Assembly: GCA_964464165.1 (NCBI GenBank)
Contig: CAYXFA010000006.1
Coordinates: 16,092-80,091, forward strand
Origin: an uncultured Phycisphaeraceae bacterium
GTDB taxonomy: Bacteria > Planctomycetota > Phycisphaerae > Phycisphaerales > UBA1924
Length of the DNA stretch: 64,000 nucleotides
Direction of reading: 5' to 3'
The translations under genes were made by a program, and so were the position numbers. Each line of letters begins with the position of its first letter. Positions within the stretch are counted from its first letter, which is position 1. This document shows, piece after piece, positions 8,741 to 17,771 of the stretch. The notes beneath the pieces were generated by a model. The model did no database searches and was not told the DNA's origin. It saw only the letters and a list, made by a program, of their open reading frames with translations.

Positions 8741-9699
8741 CACGGACCGCCGTTTCTCAGGCCGTCGTACCCGCCGAGCAGCCCGCCGACGGCGTGTTCG
8801 CCGCGTGTGTGGAGGCCATCAAGCCGGGCATCACCCGCCTGGTGACCATCACCGCGGCGGTCGGGTTGATTCTGGGCGGACTTCATCACGCCGGGCTGGG
8901 CGTGTCGGACTGGGTCCGGCTCGGTGTCGGTGTGGTGCTGGGGACCGCGATGGCCGCGGGTGGCGCCAACGCCCTGAACCAGTGGTACGAGTCTGATCGG
9001 GACGGGCGCATGCGCCGCACGGCCCGCAGGCCCATCCCGTCGGGCCGGCTCAGCGCCGGGGCGGTGTTCTGGCTCGGCATCGGGCTGACCATGGGTGGGA
9101 CGGCGCTGCTGTACGCCCTGTGCGGCACGGCGCCCGCCCTGATCGCGCTCGCGTGCGCGGCTTCCTACGTGATTCTCTACACGCCGCTCAAGCCGGTGAC
9201 GGTCTGGAACACGCTGGTCGGGACGCTGCCCGGCGCGCTGCCCACCATGATCGGCACCTCGGCCGTGGCGCCCGGGGACGGGTTCGGGCCGCTGGCGGAC
9301 CCGATCGGGCTGGCGTTGTTCGCGCTGATGACCGTCTGGCAGATCCCCCACTTCCTCGCGATCGCGTGGATGTGCCGCACCGACTACGAGCAGGGCGGTT
9401 TCAGGATGCTCCCGGCGGTGGACCCCACGGGCAAACTGACCGCGTGGATCATCGTCGGCTTCTCGGTGCTGCTGATCCCGATCTCGGCGGCGGTGGTGTT
9501 CACCGTTCCGGACCTGCTCGGCTGGCCCACCATCGCCGCGTGCGTGCTGCTGGGGCTCCCCATGGTGGGGCTCGGCGTGCGGGTGGCGCTGGAGCCGACG
9601 GTGAAGGCCGCCCGCGCCGTGTTCATCGCGTCGATCGTCCACCTGCCGGTGCTGCTCGTCGTCATGGTGGCCGAAGCCTTGGCCCGCACGATCTTCTGA
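8737..9699 (+). CDS. ctaB: protoheme IX farnesyltransferase (heme O synthase)
   Basis: UbiA-type polyprenyltransferase motifs: GGANALNQWYESDRDGRMRRTARRPIPSG and YTPLKPVTVWNTLVGTLPGALP. There are multiple TM helices. GTG at 8737 overlaps the upstream TGA (GTGA). An alternative ATG lies at 8707. Confidence 0.85.
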   Translation: MTRTAVSQAVVPAEQPADGVFAACVEAIKPGITRLVTITAAVGLILGGLHHAGLGVSDWVRLGVGVVLGTAMAAGGANALNQWYESDRDGRMRRTARRPIPSGRLSAGAVFWLGIGLTMGGTALLYALCGTAPALIALACAASYVILYTPLKPVTVWNTLVGTLPGALPTMIGTSAVAPGDGFGPLADPIGLALFALMTVWQIPHFLAIAWMCRTDYEQGGFRMLPAVDPTGKLTAWIIVGFSVLLIPISAAVVFTVPDLLGWPTIAACVLLGLPMVGLGVRVALEPTVKAARAVFIASIVHLPVLLVVMVAEALARTIF

Positions 9700-10586
9700 T
9701 GTCCGCCGTCGACCTGCGCGAGATCACCGCCTCGTACCCCGGGGCCGCCGGGCCGGCGCTGGACGGCGTTTCGCTATCGGCCGACCGAGAGACGGTCGCC
9801 CTGCTCGGACCGAACGGCTCGGGCAAGTCGACGCTGATGCGTGTGCTGGTCGGGCTGCACCGCCCGGACGCGGGCCGGGTGGTCGCCCCGGCCGACCGCC
9901 GGTCGCTCGGCGTGGTCTTCCAGACGCCGGCCGTCGACGACCTGCTGACCGTCCGCGAGAACCTCGTGCTCGCCGCGGCGCTCTGCGGCCGGTCCCGCGC
10001 GGAGGCGGCCCGGAGGCTCGACGCCCTCGCCGCCCACATCGGTCTGACGGATCTGCTCGGGACCCGGTGCGGTCGGTTGTCCGGGGGCCAGCGCCGGCGG
10101 GCCGACCTGGCCCGGGCGCTGATGGGCCGACCGTCCGTGCTCGTCCTGGACGAGCCCACGACCGGGCTGGACATCGACGCCCGGGCCCGATTCTGGGCGA
10201 CGCTCGGGACGCTCCGGGCCGAGGAGAACCTGACCGTTCTCGTCGCGACCCACCTCGGCGAGGAAGCCGCCCGCGCCGATCGTGCGGTGCTCCTGCAGCG
10301 CGGCCGCGTCGTGGTGGACGCCCCGCCCGACCGGCTGCGCGAACCGCTGGGCCGGCTCGCGGCCCGGATCGACCTCCGCCCCGGCGCCGACCCGGCCCCC
10401 GTCCGGGCCTGGCTGGCCGGGCGAGCGCCGGATGCCCGCTGGTGGTCCGGCGGGGCGGTGGCCCCGCACGCCGGGGCCTCGCTCATCGAATCCTGCCCGA
10501 TGGAGCTCGCGACCGTCCGGGTCGGGGCCCCCACGCTGGAAGACGCCTATCTCTGGCACACGGCCGGGGCGGGGGACGGGCCATGA
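9699..10586 (+). CDS. ABC transporter ATP-binding protein (ABC-2/NosF/CcmA-like)
   Basis: Walker A GPNGSGKST, signature LSGGQRRR, Walker B VLVLDEPTTGLD. The ATG shares one base with the ctaB stop (TGATG). Confidence 0.85.
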   Translation: MSAVDLREITASYPGAAGPALDGVSLSADRETVALLGPNGSGKSTLMRVLVGLHRPDAGRVVAPADRRSLGVVFQTPAVDDLLTVRENLVLAAALCGRSRAEAARRLDALAAHIGLTDLLGTRCGRLSGGQRRRADLARALMGRPSVLVLDEPTTGLDIDARARFWATLGTLRAEENLTVLVATHLGEEAARADRAVLLQRGRVVVDAPPDRLREPLGRLAARIDLRPGADPAPVRAWLAGRAPDARWWSGGAVAPHAGASLIESCPMELATVRVGAPTLEDAYLWHTAGAGDGP

Positions 10587-11371
10587 CCGCGCTGCTCGCC
10601 CTGCTCCGCCGGGAACTGCTCCGGCAGGTTCGCCAGCCGACGCGGATCGTCGCCGCGATCGCCACGCCGGGCATGATCTGGGTCTTCCTCGCGGCGGGCT
10701 TCGGCTCGGCGGACCCCGGCGTGGACGCCAGCTTCAGCGCGTACCTGGTGCCGGGCGTGGCGTCCATGACCGTGTTGTTCGCGTCGATCTTCGCCGCGAT
10801 CTCGCTGATCCAGGACCGGCAGGAAGGCTTCCTCCGGGCGGCGCTGGTATCTCCGGCCTCGCGCTCGGCCATCGCGGTGTCCAAGATCGCGGCGGGCGCG
10901 ATCACCGCGACCCTGCAGGGCGGCGTGGTGCTGCTCGCGCTGCCCGCCGCCGGCCACCCGGTCACCGCGTTGGGCCTGCTGCTCTCGCTCGCCGCGCTCG
11001 TGTGCGTCTCGACCGCGTTGACGGGGTTCGGCCTGCTGATGGCCTGGCGGGTGGAATCGACGCAGGGCTACCACGGCGTCATGAACGCGGTGCTGATGCC
11101 GCTCTGGCTGCTCAGCGGCGGCGTGTTCCCGGTCGAGACCGCGGCCGGGTGGCTGGCCGCCATCGCCCGGCTGAACCCGCTCACCTGGTGCCACGAGGCG
11201 ATGCGCCACGCCCTCGGGATGGCCCCCGGGTCCGACCCGCGGATCGCGTGGCTGGTGACGGTCGCCTTCGCCCTGGCCGGCCTCGGGGCCGGGTGCTGGG
11301 GCGTCGGCCGCCACCGGTCGCCGGCGGGCCCCAGGCGTCAAACCCCACCCGCCGCGGAGCACGCGCCATGA
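10583..11371 (+). CDS. ABC-2 type transporter permease
   Basis: ATGA overlap with the ATPase stop. Translation begins MTALLALLRRELLRQVRQPTRIVAAIATPGMIWVF, the usual ABC-2 N-terminus. About six hydrophobic helices follow. Confidence 0.75.
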   Translation: MTALLALLRRELLRQVRQPTRIVAAIATPGMIWVFLAAGFGSADPGVDASFSAYLVPGVASMTVLFASIFAAISLIQDRQEGFLRAALVSPASRSAIAVSKIAAGAITATLQGGVVLLALPAAGHPVTALGLLLSLAALVCVSTALTGFGLLMAWRVESTQGYHGVMNAVLMPLWLLSGGVFPVETAAGWLAAIARLNPLTWCHEAMRHALGMAPGSDPRIAWLVTVAFALAGLGAGCWGVGRHRSPAGPRRQTPPAAEHAP

Positions 11372-11385
11372 CCAAGGAGCCCGGA

Positions 11386-12033
11386 ATGCGACCCCACGTG
11401 ATCGTCATCGTGCTGGTTCTCGCCCTGCTGGCGATCGGCATGACCATGTTCCTGGTGGTGACTGGGATGCAGCCCGCGTCCGTTCTCAAGGACGGGCGCG
11501 TCGATCCGGTTGTGAGCATGCCGGACAACCCGTACTCCGAGATGCACATCGGAGAGTTCACGCTGGTCGGGCGCAACGGCGAGCCCGTCACCCACGCCGA
11601 GCTCGACGGGCGTTACACGGTGGTCGACTTCTTCTTCACGTCCTGCCCGCTGTGGTGCCCCGGAATGTCCACGGCCATGGCCCGCGTGCAGAGCGAGACT
11701 TCGGGCACGAAGGCCCGGCTCATGTCCATCTCGATCGACGGGGCCAACGACACGCCCGCCATCATCGACCGCTACGCCGGCGGCTACGGGGCCGACCCCG
11801 CGCGGTGGAAGTTCGCCACCGGCGACCCGGAGGTCGTCGCAGCCCTCGTGCGTGAGGGGCTGCGCTTCGAGATCGGGGACGAGACGCGCACCCCGGACGG
11901 CGTGCGGAACATCGACCACCCCACCCGGCTCATCCTCGTTGGCCCGGACCGGCGGGTCGTCGGCCTGTACCGCTACGACGACCCGGAGGAGGTCGAGGCC
12001 CTGATCGCCCTGCTCAAGCGTTTGGCGCCTTGA
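11386..12033 (+). CDS. SCO1/SenC family copper chaperone (thioredoxin fold)
   Basis: TM anchor, then VVDFFFTSCPLWCP (CxxxC copper site) and a downstream His (NIDHPTRLILVGPD). AAGGAG at 11374-11379 lies 6 nt before ATG 11386. An alternative ATG at 11368 overlaps the permease stop (ATGA). Confidence 0.8.
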   Translation: MRPHVIVIVLVLALLAIGMTMFLVVTGMQPASVLKDGRVDPVVSMPDNPYSEMHIGEFTLVGRNGEPVTHAELDGRYTVVDFFFTSCPLWCPGMSTAMARVQSETSGTKARLMSISIDGANDTPAIIDRYAGGYGADPARWKFATGDPEVVAALVREGLRFEIGDETRTPDGVRNIDHPTRLILVGPDRRVVGLYRYDDPEEVEALIALLKRLAP

Positions 12034-12105
12034 CGGAGACGCCGGCGAACAGGGACGCACTATGATGGCGCGGGCGGAGGAACCGCCGCCGGGAGAGCGT
12101 GGCGT

Positions 12106-12384
12106 ATGAGCTGGATGCATCGGTTGAGGCTGCGGGCGCTGGCGGTCGTTCTTGGCTCGGTGTTCGGCGCCCTGGCCGTGATCGGCTGGATGTCCGTGCC
12201 GGTCCTCCCCGCTCTGGGGGTCGCCCTGGTGACGGCCGCCGCGGTGGTCCACGCCATGAGCTCCAAGCTCTCCCAGCCGACCTGCGCCGGCTGCGGGAAA
12301 GACCTGACGGGCGGGGGCGCGAGCGCCTACGGCCCCATCTGCCCCGACTGCGGCACCGTCAACCAGCAGATCCGCCTCGGCTGA
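12106..12384 (+). CDS. hypothetical membrane protein with C-terminal zinc-ribbon-like CxxC...CxxC
   Basis: Two hydrophobic helices (ALAVVLGSVFGALAVIGWMSVPVLPALGVALVTAAAVV), then CAGCGKDL...ICPDCG. No family recognised. Confidence 0.45.
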   Translation: MSWMHRLRLRALAVVLGSVFGALAVIGWMSVPVLPALGVALVTAAAVVHAMSSKLSQPTCAGCGKDLTGGGASAYGPICPDCGTVNQQIRLG

Positions 12385-12395
12385 CCGATCCGCGC

Positions 12396-12424
12396 ACGAA
12401 AAACGCCCGGCCGGGGCCGGGCGT
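12396..12424 (-). terminator. rho-independent terminator of tig (hairpin shared by convergent genes)
   Basis: acgcccggcc (12403-12412) and ggccgggcgt (12415-12424) are exact reverse complements. On the minus strand the hairpin is followed by TTTTTC (12402-12397). Confidence 0.6.
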
Positions 12425-12448
12425 CGATCGGTCGGGCTTTGCTGACGG

Positions 12449-13798
12449 TCAGTCGCCCTTCATGCGCTTGTTGAACTCGTCGGCCGAGACCTCCTCGATC
12501 TGGGCGTCGGCCAGGATCGCGTCCAGGGTCTTGTGCTCGCGGACCTGGTTGTAGAGCGTCTGGATCTGGCCGTTGCGGATCAGCGCATCGCGGACGGCCT
12601 CGGGACGCTGGCCCTGCTCCATCGCGATCCGGTACACCGCGGCGTTCAGCTCGGCCTCGTCGACCTTCACGTCGAGTTGCTCGGCGGCCTTGTTGATGAT
12701 GAAGAACTGCTTGAGTTCCCGCACCGCCGACTCGGAGGAAGCGGCCCGCAGCTCGGCCATGTGCTGCTCGATCTCGTTGGGATCAACCCCGCGGTACATC
12801 AGCTCCAGACGGCGGCGTTCGAGGTTCCGGGCGGCCTGCTGGCTGGTCAGCCCGGCGGGCAGGTCGAAGGTAACCGCCTCGGCGAGGTGGCGGGCGACCT
12901 GCTGACGCATGACGGCCTGCTGCTGGACCTCGGCCCGCTGGGCCAGGCGCAGGCCGACCATCTCGCGGAGCTGTTCCTCGCCGCTGAGGGCGAACTTGGC
13001 CACCAGGTCGGCGAGCGGGGCCGGGATGATCTTGTACACGTTGGCGACGGCGTAGGTGATAGTCAGGTCCTTGCCGCGGAGCGCCTCGACCTCGTGGTTC
13101 TCGGGGCCCTTGACCTTAACGACGACCTCTTCGCCCGGCTTGGGCAGGCCGATCTGCTTGGCGAAGTCGGCGACGAGAACGCCCAGGATCATGCCCGAGC
13201 CGTCGGAGTCGGCCGCCGGGACCTGGACGACGGCCCCGTCGATGTTGTAGTGCTCGGCGCCCTCGGCGTCGGTCATGACGCCTTTGCCCATCAGGTAATC
13301 CCCGGGTTCGGGGGCTTCCCGGTCCTCCAGTGTGCCCTCGTTGACCTGGATCTTGTGGATTTCGGAGTCGATCAGGCCGTCCGGCAGGGTGGCGTCGGGC
13401 TTGAGGACCTTGATGCCCTTGAGGTCGGGCAGGTCGAACTCGGGCATGACCTCGACCTCGAGCTCCACCTTGAGGGGCTTGCCGGGCTCGACCTCGAGGT
13501 TCTCGAAGACGGACGCCGGGGGCTGGCCCAGCACGCGGAGCTTATGGGACTCAACGGCGTCCTGGTAAGCCTGCGAGATCAGCCGGCCCCGGGCCTCGTT
13601 CCGCACGTAGCCCCCGAAGCGCTTCTCGATCAGACGCTTGGGGGCGCGGCCCCGACGGAAGCCGGGCAGCGTGGCCTCGTGGGCGACGGTCGCGTACGAG
13701 TCCTCGATCGTCCCGTCGACGACCGACGCGGGGATCTCGATGGAGATCTTCTTGCGGCAAGGGCCCGCGTCCTGGATGGTGATCTGGTTGTCCGACAT
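12449..13798 (-). CDS. tig: trigger factor
   Basis: Internal ATG at 13798 gives MSDNQITIQDAGPCRKKISIEIPASVVDG. GFRRGRAPKRLIEKRFG is the ribosome-binding signature region. A PPIase-like middle domain and a helical C-terminal arm follow. Confidence 0.9.
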   Translation of the reverse strand: MSDNQITIQDAGPCRKKISIEIPASVVDGTIEDSYATVAHEATLPGFRRGRAPKRLIEKRFGGYVRNEARGRLISQAYQDAVESHKLRVLGQPPASVFENLEVEPGKPLKVELEVEVMPEFDLPDLKGIKVLKPDATLPDGLIDSEIHKIQVNEGTLEDREAPEPGDYLMGKGVMTDAEGAEHYNIDGAVVQVPAADSDGSGMILGVLVADFAKQIGLPKPGEEVVVKVKGPENHEVEALRGKDLTITYAVANVYKIIPAPLADLVAKFALSGEEQLREMVGLRLAQRAEVQQQAVMRQQVARHLAEAVTFDLPAGLTSQQAARNLERRRLELMYRGVDPNEIEQHMAELRAASSESAVRELKQFFIINKAAEQLDVKVDEAELNAAVYRIAMEQGQRPEAVRDALIRNGQIQTLYNQVREHKTLDAILADAQIEEVSADEFNKRMKGD

Positions 13799-14043
13799 GG
13801 CGGCTTCCGGTTCGCGTGCGGTTTCGATACCGGCCCGCCAGGGCACGCGCCGTCCCGGGCCGGTCCCCGCGAGGGCGGGGCGGGAGTGTAGGATGGGGCT
13901 GTGCGGGCGACAGGCCGGGGTGATCCGGCCGATCGAGTATCGGCCGGGCCATGGGTCGCCGATATTGGGACGGCCATAGAAGTGTGCGGGCCCCGTTCCA
14001 GCGGGCCAGGACGAGGCCGCGGATGGCCGGCTCGGGGACGTGC

Positions 14044-15444
14044 ATGACGGTTTCGGGACTGGACGTTTCGGACGAACGGGCACCGGGGAAGGCCCCGGTC
14101 CGGCGCATGCACGCGCTCCGCGACCGCCTGACCCGGCCGGTGCGGGGCGATGGGTTGCGGGCCAGGGCGATCCGGGGGGCGGGGTGGACGCTGGCCGGGT
14201 TCGGCATGCAGCAGGTGCTCCGGCTCGGGTCCTCGCTCGTCCTCACGCGTCTGCTGTTCCCGGAGGCCTACGGGCTTATGGCCATCGCGAACGTCTACAT
14301 GACGGGCCTGCAGATGTTCAGCGACGTGGGGCTGCGACAGTCCATCATCCAGAACCCGCGCGGGCAAGAGCCGGAGTTCCTGAACACCGTCTGGACGATG
14401 CAGGTCATCCGGGGCTTCGTCCTCTGGGCGGTGTCGTGCATCATCGCCTACCCCGTCTCGCGGCTTTACGAGGCGCCGATCCTGTTCCCCATTCTGTGCG
14501 TCCTCGGGATGACCGCCGCGATCCGTGGGTTTCAGACGACCGCGTATTCCACGGCCAACCGCAACCTTCACCTGGGGCGAGTAACGGTGCTGGAAACAAT
14601 CGCCCAGTTCATCAACATCCTCGTGGTCTGCGCCTGGGCCTCTGTACATTCGAGCGTGTGGGCCCTGGCGGGGGGCGGAACGGCGGCTGCGGTCATCACC
14701 GTGGCCCTCGGTCACTTCGCGTTGCCGTCCCATCGGCACCGGCTCCAGTGGGACCGCTCGGCCGCCTCAGACATCCTCGGCTTCGGCAAGTGGATTTTCT
14801 TCGCCACGATCCTCGGCTATCTGGCGAACAACGGGGACAAGCTCATCCTGGGCAAGTTCATGTCCACCGAGCTTTTCGGCATGTACGCGCTGGCGTTAAC
14901 TTGGGCAGGACTTGTCAAGAGCGTCAATTCAAAGATCAGCGAACGGGTGCTGGTGCCCATCTACGCGATCAAGCGAGACGCGCCCGCCAAAGAGATGCGG
15001 CCGAAGATCCAAAAGCTTCGACTTGCTAAAGCTGCGTTGGCCATTCCCGCCACGGCCGTTCTGGTAATTTTTGGCCAGGACCTGATCTCTTTAATGTACG
15101 ACGACCGCTACCACGAGGCCGGGTGGATGCTTCAGGTACTCTCGATCGGCATTGGCTTCCACGCCGTGATGAATATCGGGGATTTCATGCTCTCACGCGG
15201 AAGGTCGCGGCTGTTCTTTGCGACCGTGTGCATCGCGGTCGTCACCTCGGTCGGATCCATGACTATTGGCGGCCTGATAGCGGGCGAAGCGGGGATCGTG
15301 ATTGGCGTGGCCGCGATCCCCGTTTTGACGCACACCTGGATGATCCCCATCTACATCAAACACGGCTATTGGCTGTGGAAGCTCGACATTGCATTTTTCT
15401 TCGTTCTCACGGCTATCGCTGTGATTGCATTCGGCCTTCGATAA
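14044..15444 (+). CDS. Wzx-type (MOP superfamily) polysaccharide flippase
   Basis: Polytopic membrane protein. The N-terminus (GAGWTLAGFGMQQVLRLGSSLVLTRLLFPEAYGLMAIANVYMTGLQMFSDVGLRQSIIQ) is typical of polysaccharide-biosynthesis flippases. Start is uncertain; 13951 is an alternative. Confidence 0.75.
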   Translation: MTVSGLDVSDERAPGKAPVRRMHALRDRLTRPVRGDGLRARAIRGAGWTLAGFGMQQVLRLGSSLVLTRLLFPEAYGLMAIANVYMTGLQMFSDVGLRQSIIQNPRGQEPEFLNTVWTMQVIRGFVLWAVSCIIAYPVSRLYEAPILFPILCVLGMTAAIRGFQTTAYSTANRNLHLGRVTVLETIAQFINILVVCAWASVHSSVWALAGGGTAAAVITVALGHFALPSHRHRLQWDRSAASDILGFGKWIFFATILGYLANNGDKLILGKFMSTELFGMYALALTWAGLVKSVNSKISERVLVPIYAIKRDAPAKEMRPKIQKLRLAKAALAIPATAVLVIFGQDLISLMYDDRYHEAGWMLQVLSIGIGFHAVMNIGDFMLSRGRSRLFFATVCIAVVTSVGSMTIGGLIAGEAGIVIGVAAIPVLTHTWMIPIYIKHGYWLWKLDIAFFFVLTAIAVIAFGLR

Positions 15445-15469
15445 CGAATCGCCTCCCCACTCAGATGGC

Positions 15470-16678
15470 ATGGCACACACAAACTCACACATCCAGCCAA
15501 CACACGGCCCTAGGGGCACCACACCCCTCGGGATGGAAGCGGAAGCGACTCACGAAACGCAACGTGTCCTACAGGTCCCCGAACAGTTCGTGCCTGGCGG
15601 GTGGATCATCGGGGCGCCAACCCGCCTTCTCGACGTATGGACAGCAACCCCTCTGATTCTTCGGGCAACAGGATTTCGATATCCTCAACACAACATCCGC
15701 TTCGCACTAGCATATGGGTCAAGCGGGATTTCCATCGCCCGGACCCACAGCCTTAAGCGGCTATACAATCGATCCGCAAGACATTGCCACAACTTTGGCG
15801 ATTCCGATCTCGTCTTTGACTGCCGGCACGACTCCACCGGCAATATCGCACATGTGCTGCAGAATCAAATCGGCGTTGCCCTGCACGCATTGCGCGCATT
15901 CGGGATGAACGACCATTGGCGGGATCTTGTCTTTGTAATTAGAGAGGATACCGCGGAGCACTCGAGTCGTCTTTTTGCCGCACTCGGCCTCCGAACTCAC
16001 AAAGCTTCGGGCAAGGTTACCGGAACACTGATTCGCATGTCCCCACCCAAGTTTCCACTTCGCTCAATTGCATCCACGGTTCTCCGGGAGCACGCGTGCC
16101 GCATCGGAATTCTCTCCGATGGTGACGCGAGTTGCGAACCCGTGTTCGTGTCACGACAAGGGCGACGCACCCTGAGCAACATATCCGAAGTTGAGCCCCT
16201 CATCAATCTCGCCGGGTACCGAACGGTGTATATGGAGAACCTCCAGCCTGAAGACCAGATTCGAACTGTTGCCAATGCCCACAAGGTGTGGGGATTACAC
16301 GGTGCGGGCATGGCATTTATTATGTTTCGTAACCCTTCACGCAACGGCGTCGTTATTGAGTGCTTCTCAAGCGGGTTCGCCACAAACTGGGCCCGGGCGA
16401 ACGCAGCGGCAACAAACTCCGTATGGATCGGAGGACAGGGCGAGTTTGACTGCAAGGCAATACAGGATATGCAGCGAGGCGCTCATGCTCACACGCACGA
16501 GGCGGACAACTACACACTTCATCCAAGGACGGCCGCAGCGCTTGCACATCTAGCTGATACCGCGGCATGCGATCCAAAAATTCTTGATCATGCTGCGACC
16601 ATAGATGAACTGCTGGCGATTCGGAGCCGCGGGGCCGGAGACGGCATCTGTACACCAAACCCGATCCCGGAAGGGTAA
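15470..16678 (+). CDS. GT61/DUF563-like glycosyltransferase
   Basis: The C-terminal half fits the DUF563 pattern: FVSRQGRRTLSNISEVEPLINLAGYRTVYMENLQPEDQIRTVANAHKVWGLHGAGMAFIMFRNPSRNGVVIECF. Start is uncertain (TTG 15425, ATG 15470 or ATG 15533). Confidence 0.55.
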   Translation: MAHTNSHIQPTHGPRGTTPLGMEAEATHETQRVLQVPEQFVPGGWIIGAPTRLLDVWTATPLILRATGFRYPQHNIRFALAYGSSGISIARTHSLKRLYNRSARHCHNFGDSDLVFDCRHDSTGNIAHVLQNQIGVALHALRAFGMNDHWRDLVFVIREDTAEHSSRLFAALGLRTHKASGKVTGTLIRMSPPKFPLRSIASTVLREHACRIGILSDGDASCEPVFVSRQGRRTLSNISEVEPLINLAGYRTVYMENLQPEDQIRTVANAHKVWGLHGAGMAFIMFRNPSRNGVVIECFSSGFATNWARANAAATNSVWIGGQGEFDCKAIQDMQRGAHAHTHEADNYTLHPRTAAALAHLADTAACDPKILDHAATIDELLAIRSRGAGDGICTPNPIPEG

Positions 16679-16681
16679 CTG

Positions 16682-17770
16682 ATGCGTATTGTCTTTGTAT
16701 TGGGCGAGGCCAACCTGTCGGGCGGGGTCCGCATTGTTGCCCAGCATGCCCGCTTGCTGCACGAGCGCGGACACACAGTTACCGTCGTGTGCTACGCGTC
16801 CCTTGCCACACCTCTGCACAAGCGCACGATTGCCAGGCTTCGCGGCCGACGCATCAAGGTCCGAACGGGAAGAAGCCACCTTGACAATGCTCCGTTCGAG
16901 GTTCGCCGCATTTCTCCCGGATACCCCCTTACGCCGAGCGACCTGCCCGAAGCAGACCTGTTGTTGGCCACCTGGTGGGAAACCGCCGAGTGGATCGCCG
17001 ATATGCCCGCAGAAAAAGGCATAAAGGTGAACTTTTTGCAGCACTACGAGGCTCACCCATGGCTTCCCGCAGATCGGGTGGATGCCGTGTGGCGTATGCC
17101 TATACCAAAAGTTGTGGTGAGCGAATGGCTCGCCAACCTCGCACGCGACAAGTTTGGAGACACCAACGTCCGACTGGTGCCTAACGGCATCGACATCGAG
17201 CACTTCAAATTCGTAGATCGCCGCCTATCGGGCAAGCGGATTGTCGGCGGGATGTTTTCAGGCATGGACAGGAAGTCATTCAAACGCTTCTGGCTGGCAT
17301 GCGAGACCATCGAGGCAATGAAGCGACGCAACCTGCCGTGTGCATTTGTCGGATTTGGCGCTCGGAAGCCATATCCTGACGAGCAGCTCCCCACCGGTGC
17401 CCGCTTCGAGTTCGCTCCGTCCCAGGAGCGGATCGCCCAAATCTACGCCTCTTGCGACTGCTGGCTGTTTACCAGTGATAAGGAGGGCTACGGCCTGCCG
17501 CTGCTCGAGGCCATGGCCTGCGGCACGCCTGTTGTCGCCACCCCGGCAGGAGCCGCACCCGAGTTGCTCGCATCGGGAGGGGGAAAGCTGGTTGACTCCG
17601 ATGATGCGGAGCGACTCGCGGACGGATTGGAAGAGATTCTCAATCTCGACAACGCCACCTGGCACGCCATGTCGCACGCCGCCCGAGCCGAAGCGGAGAA
17701 GCATTCGTGGAATGCGATCGGAGACAGGATGGAGCACACTCTTATGCAGATTCTTGCCGAAGGTTTATGA
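16682..17770 (+). CDS. GT4-family (GT-B fold) glycosyltransferase
   Basis: MRIVFVLGEANLSGGVRIV at the N-terminus. Near the C-terminus is the EX7E-type motif region SDKEGYGLPLLEAMACGTPVVATPAGAAPELL. Confidence 0.85.
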   Translation: MRIVFVLGEANLSGGVRIVAQHARLLHERGHTVTVVCYASLATPLHKRTIARLRGRRIKVRTGRSHLDNAPFEVRRISPGYPLTPSDLPEADLLLATWWETAEWIADMPAEKGIKVNFLQHYEAHPWLPADRVDAVWRMPIPKVVVSEWLANLARDKFGDTNVRLVPNGIDIEHFKFVDRRLSGKRIVGGMFSGMDRKSFKRFWLACETIEAMKRRNLPCAFVGFGARKPYPDEQLPTGARFEFAPSQERIAQIYASCDCWLFTSDKEGYGLPLLEAMACGTPVVATPAGAAPELLASGGGKLVDSDDAERLADGLEEILNLDNATWHAMSHAARAEAEKHSWNAIGDRMEHTLMQILAEGL

Positions 17771-17771
17771 C

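Noticed and set aside
13799-14083. 95-codon N-terminal extension of the trigger factor ORF
   Set aside because: Trigger factors start with the M-x-x-x-(I/V)-x-x… ribosome-binding domain, as found from the ATG at 13798. The extension is Pro/Arg/Ser-rich and sits in the divergent promoter region.
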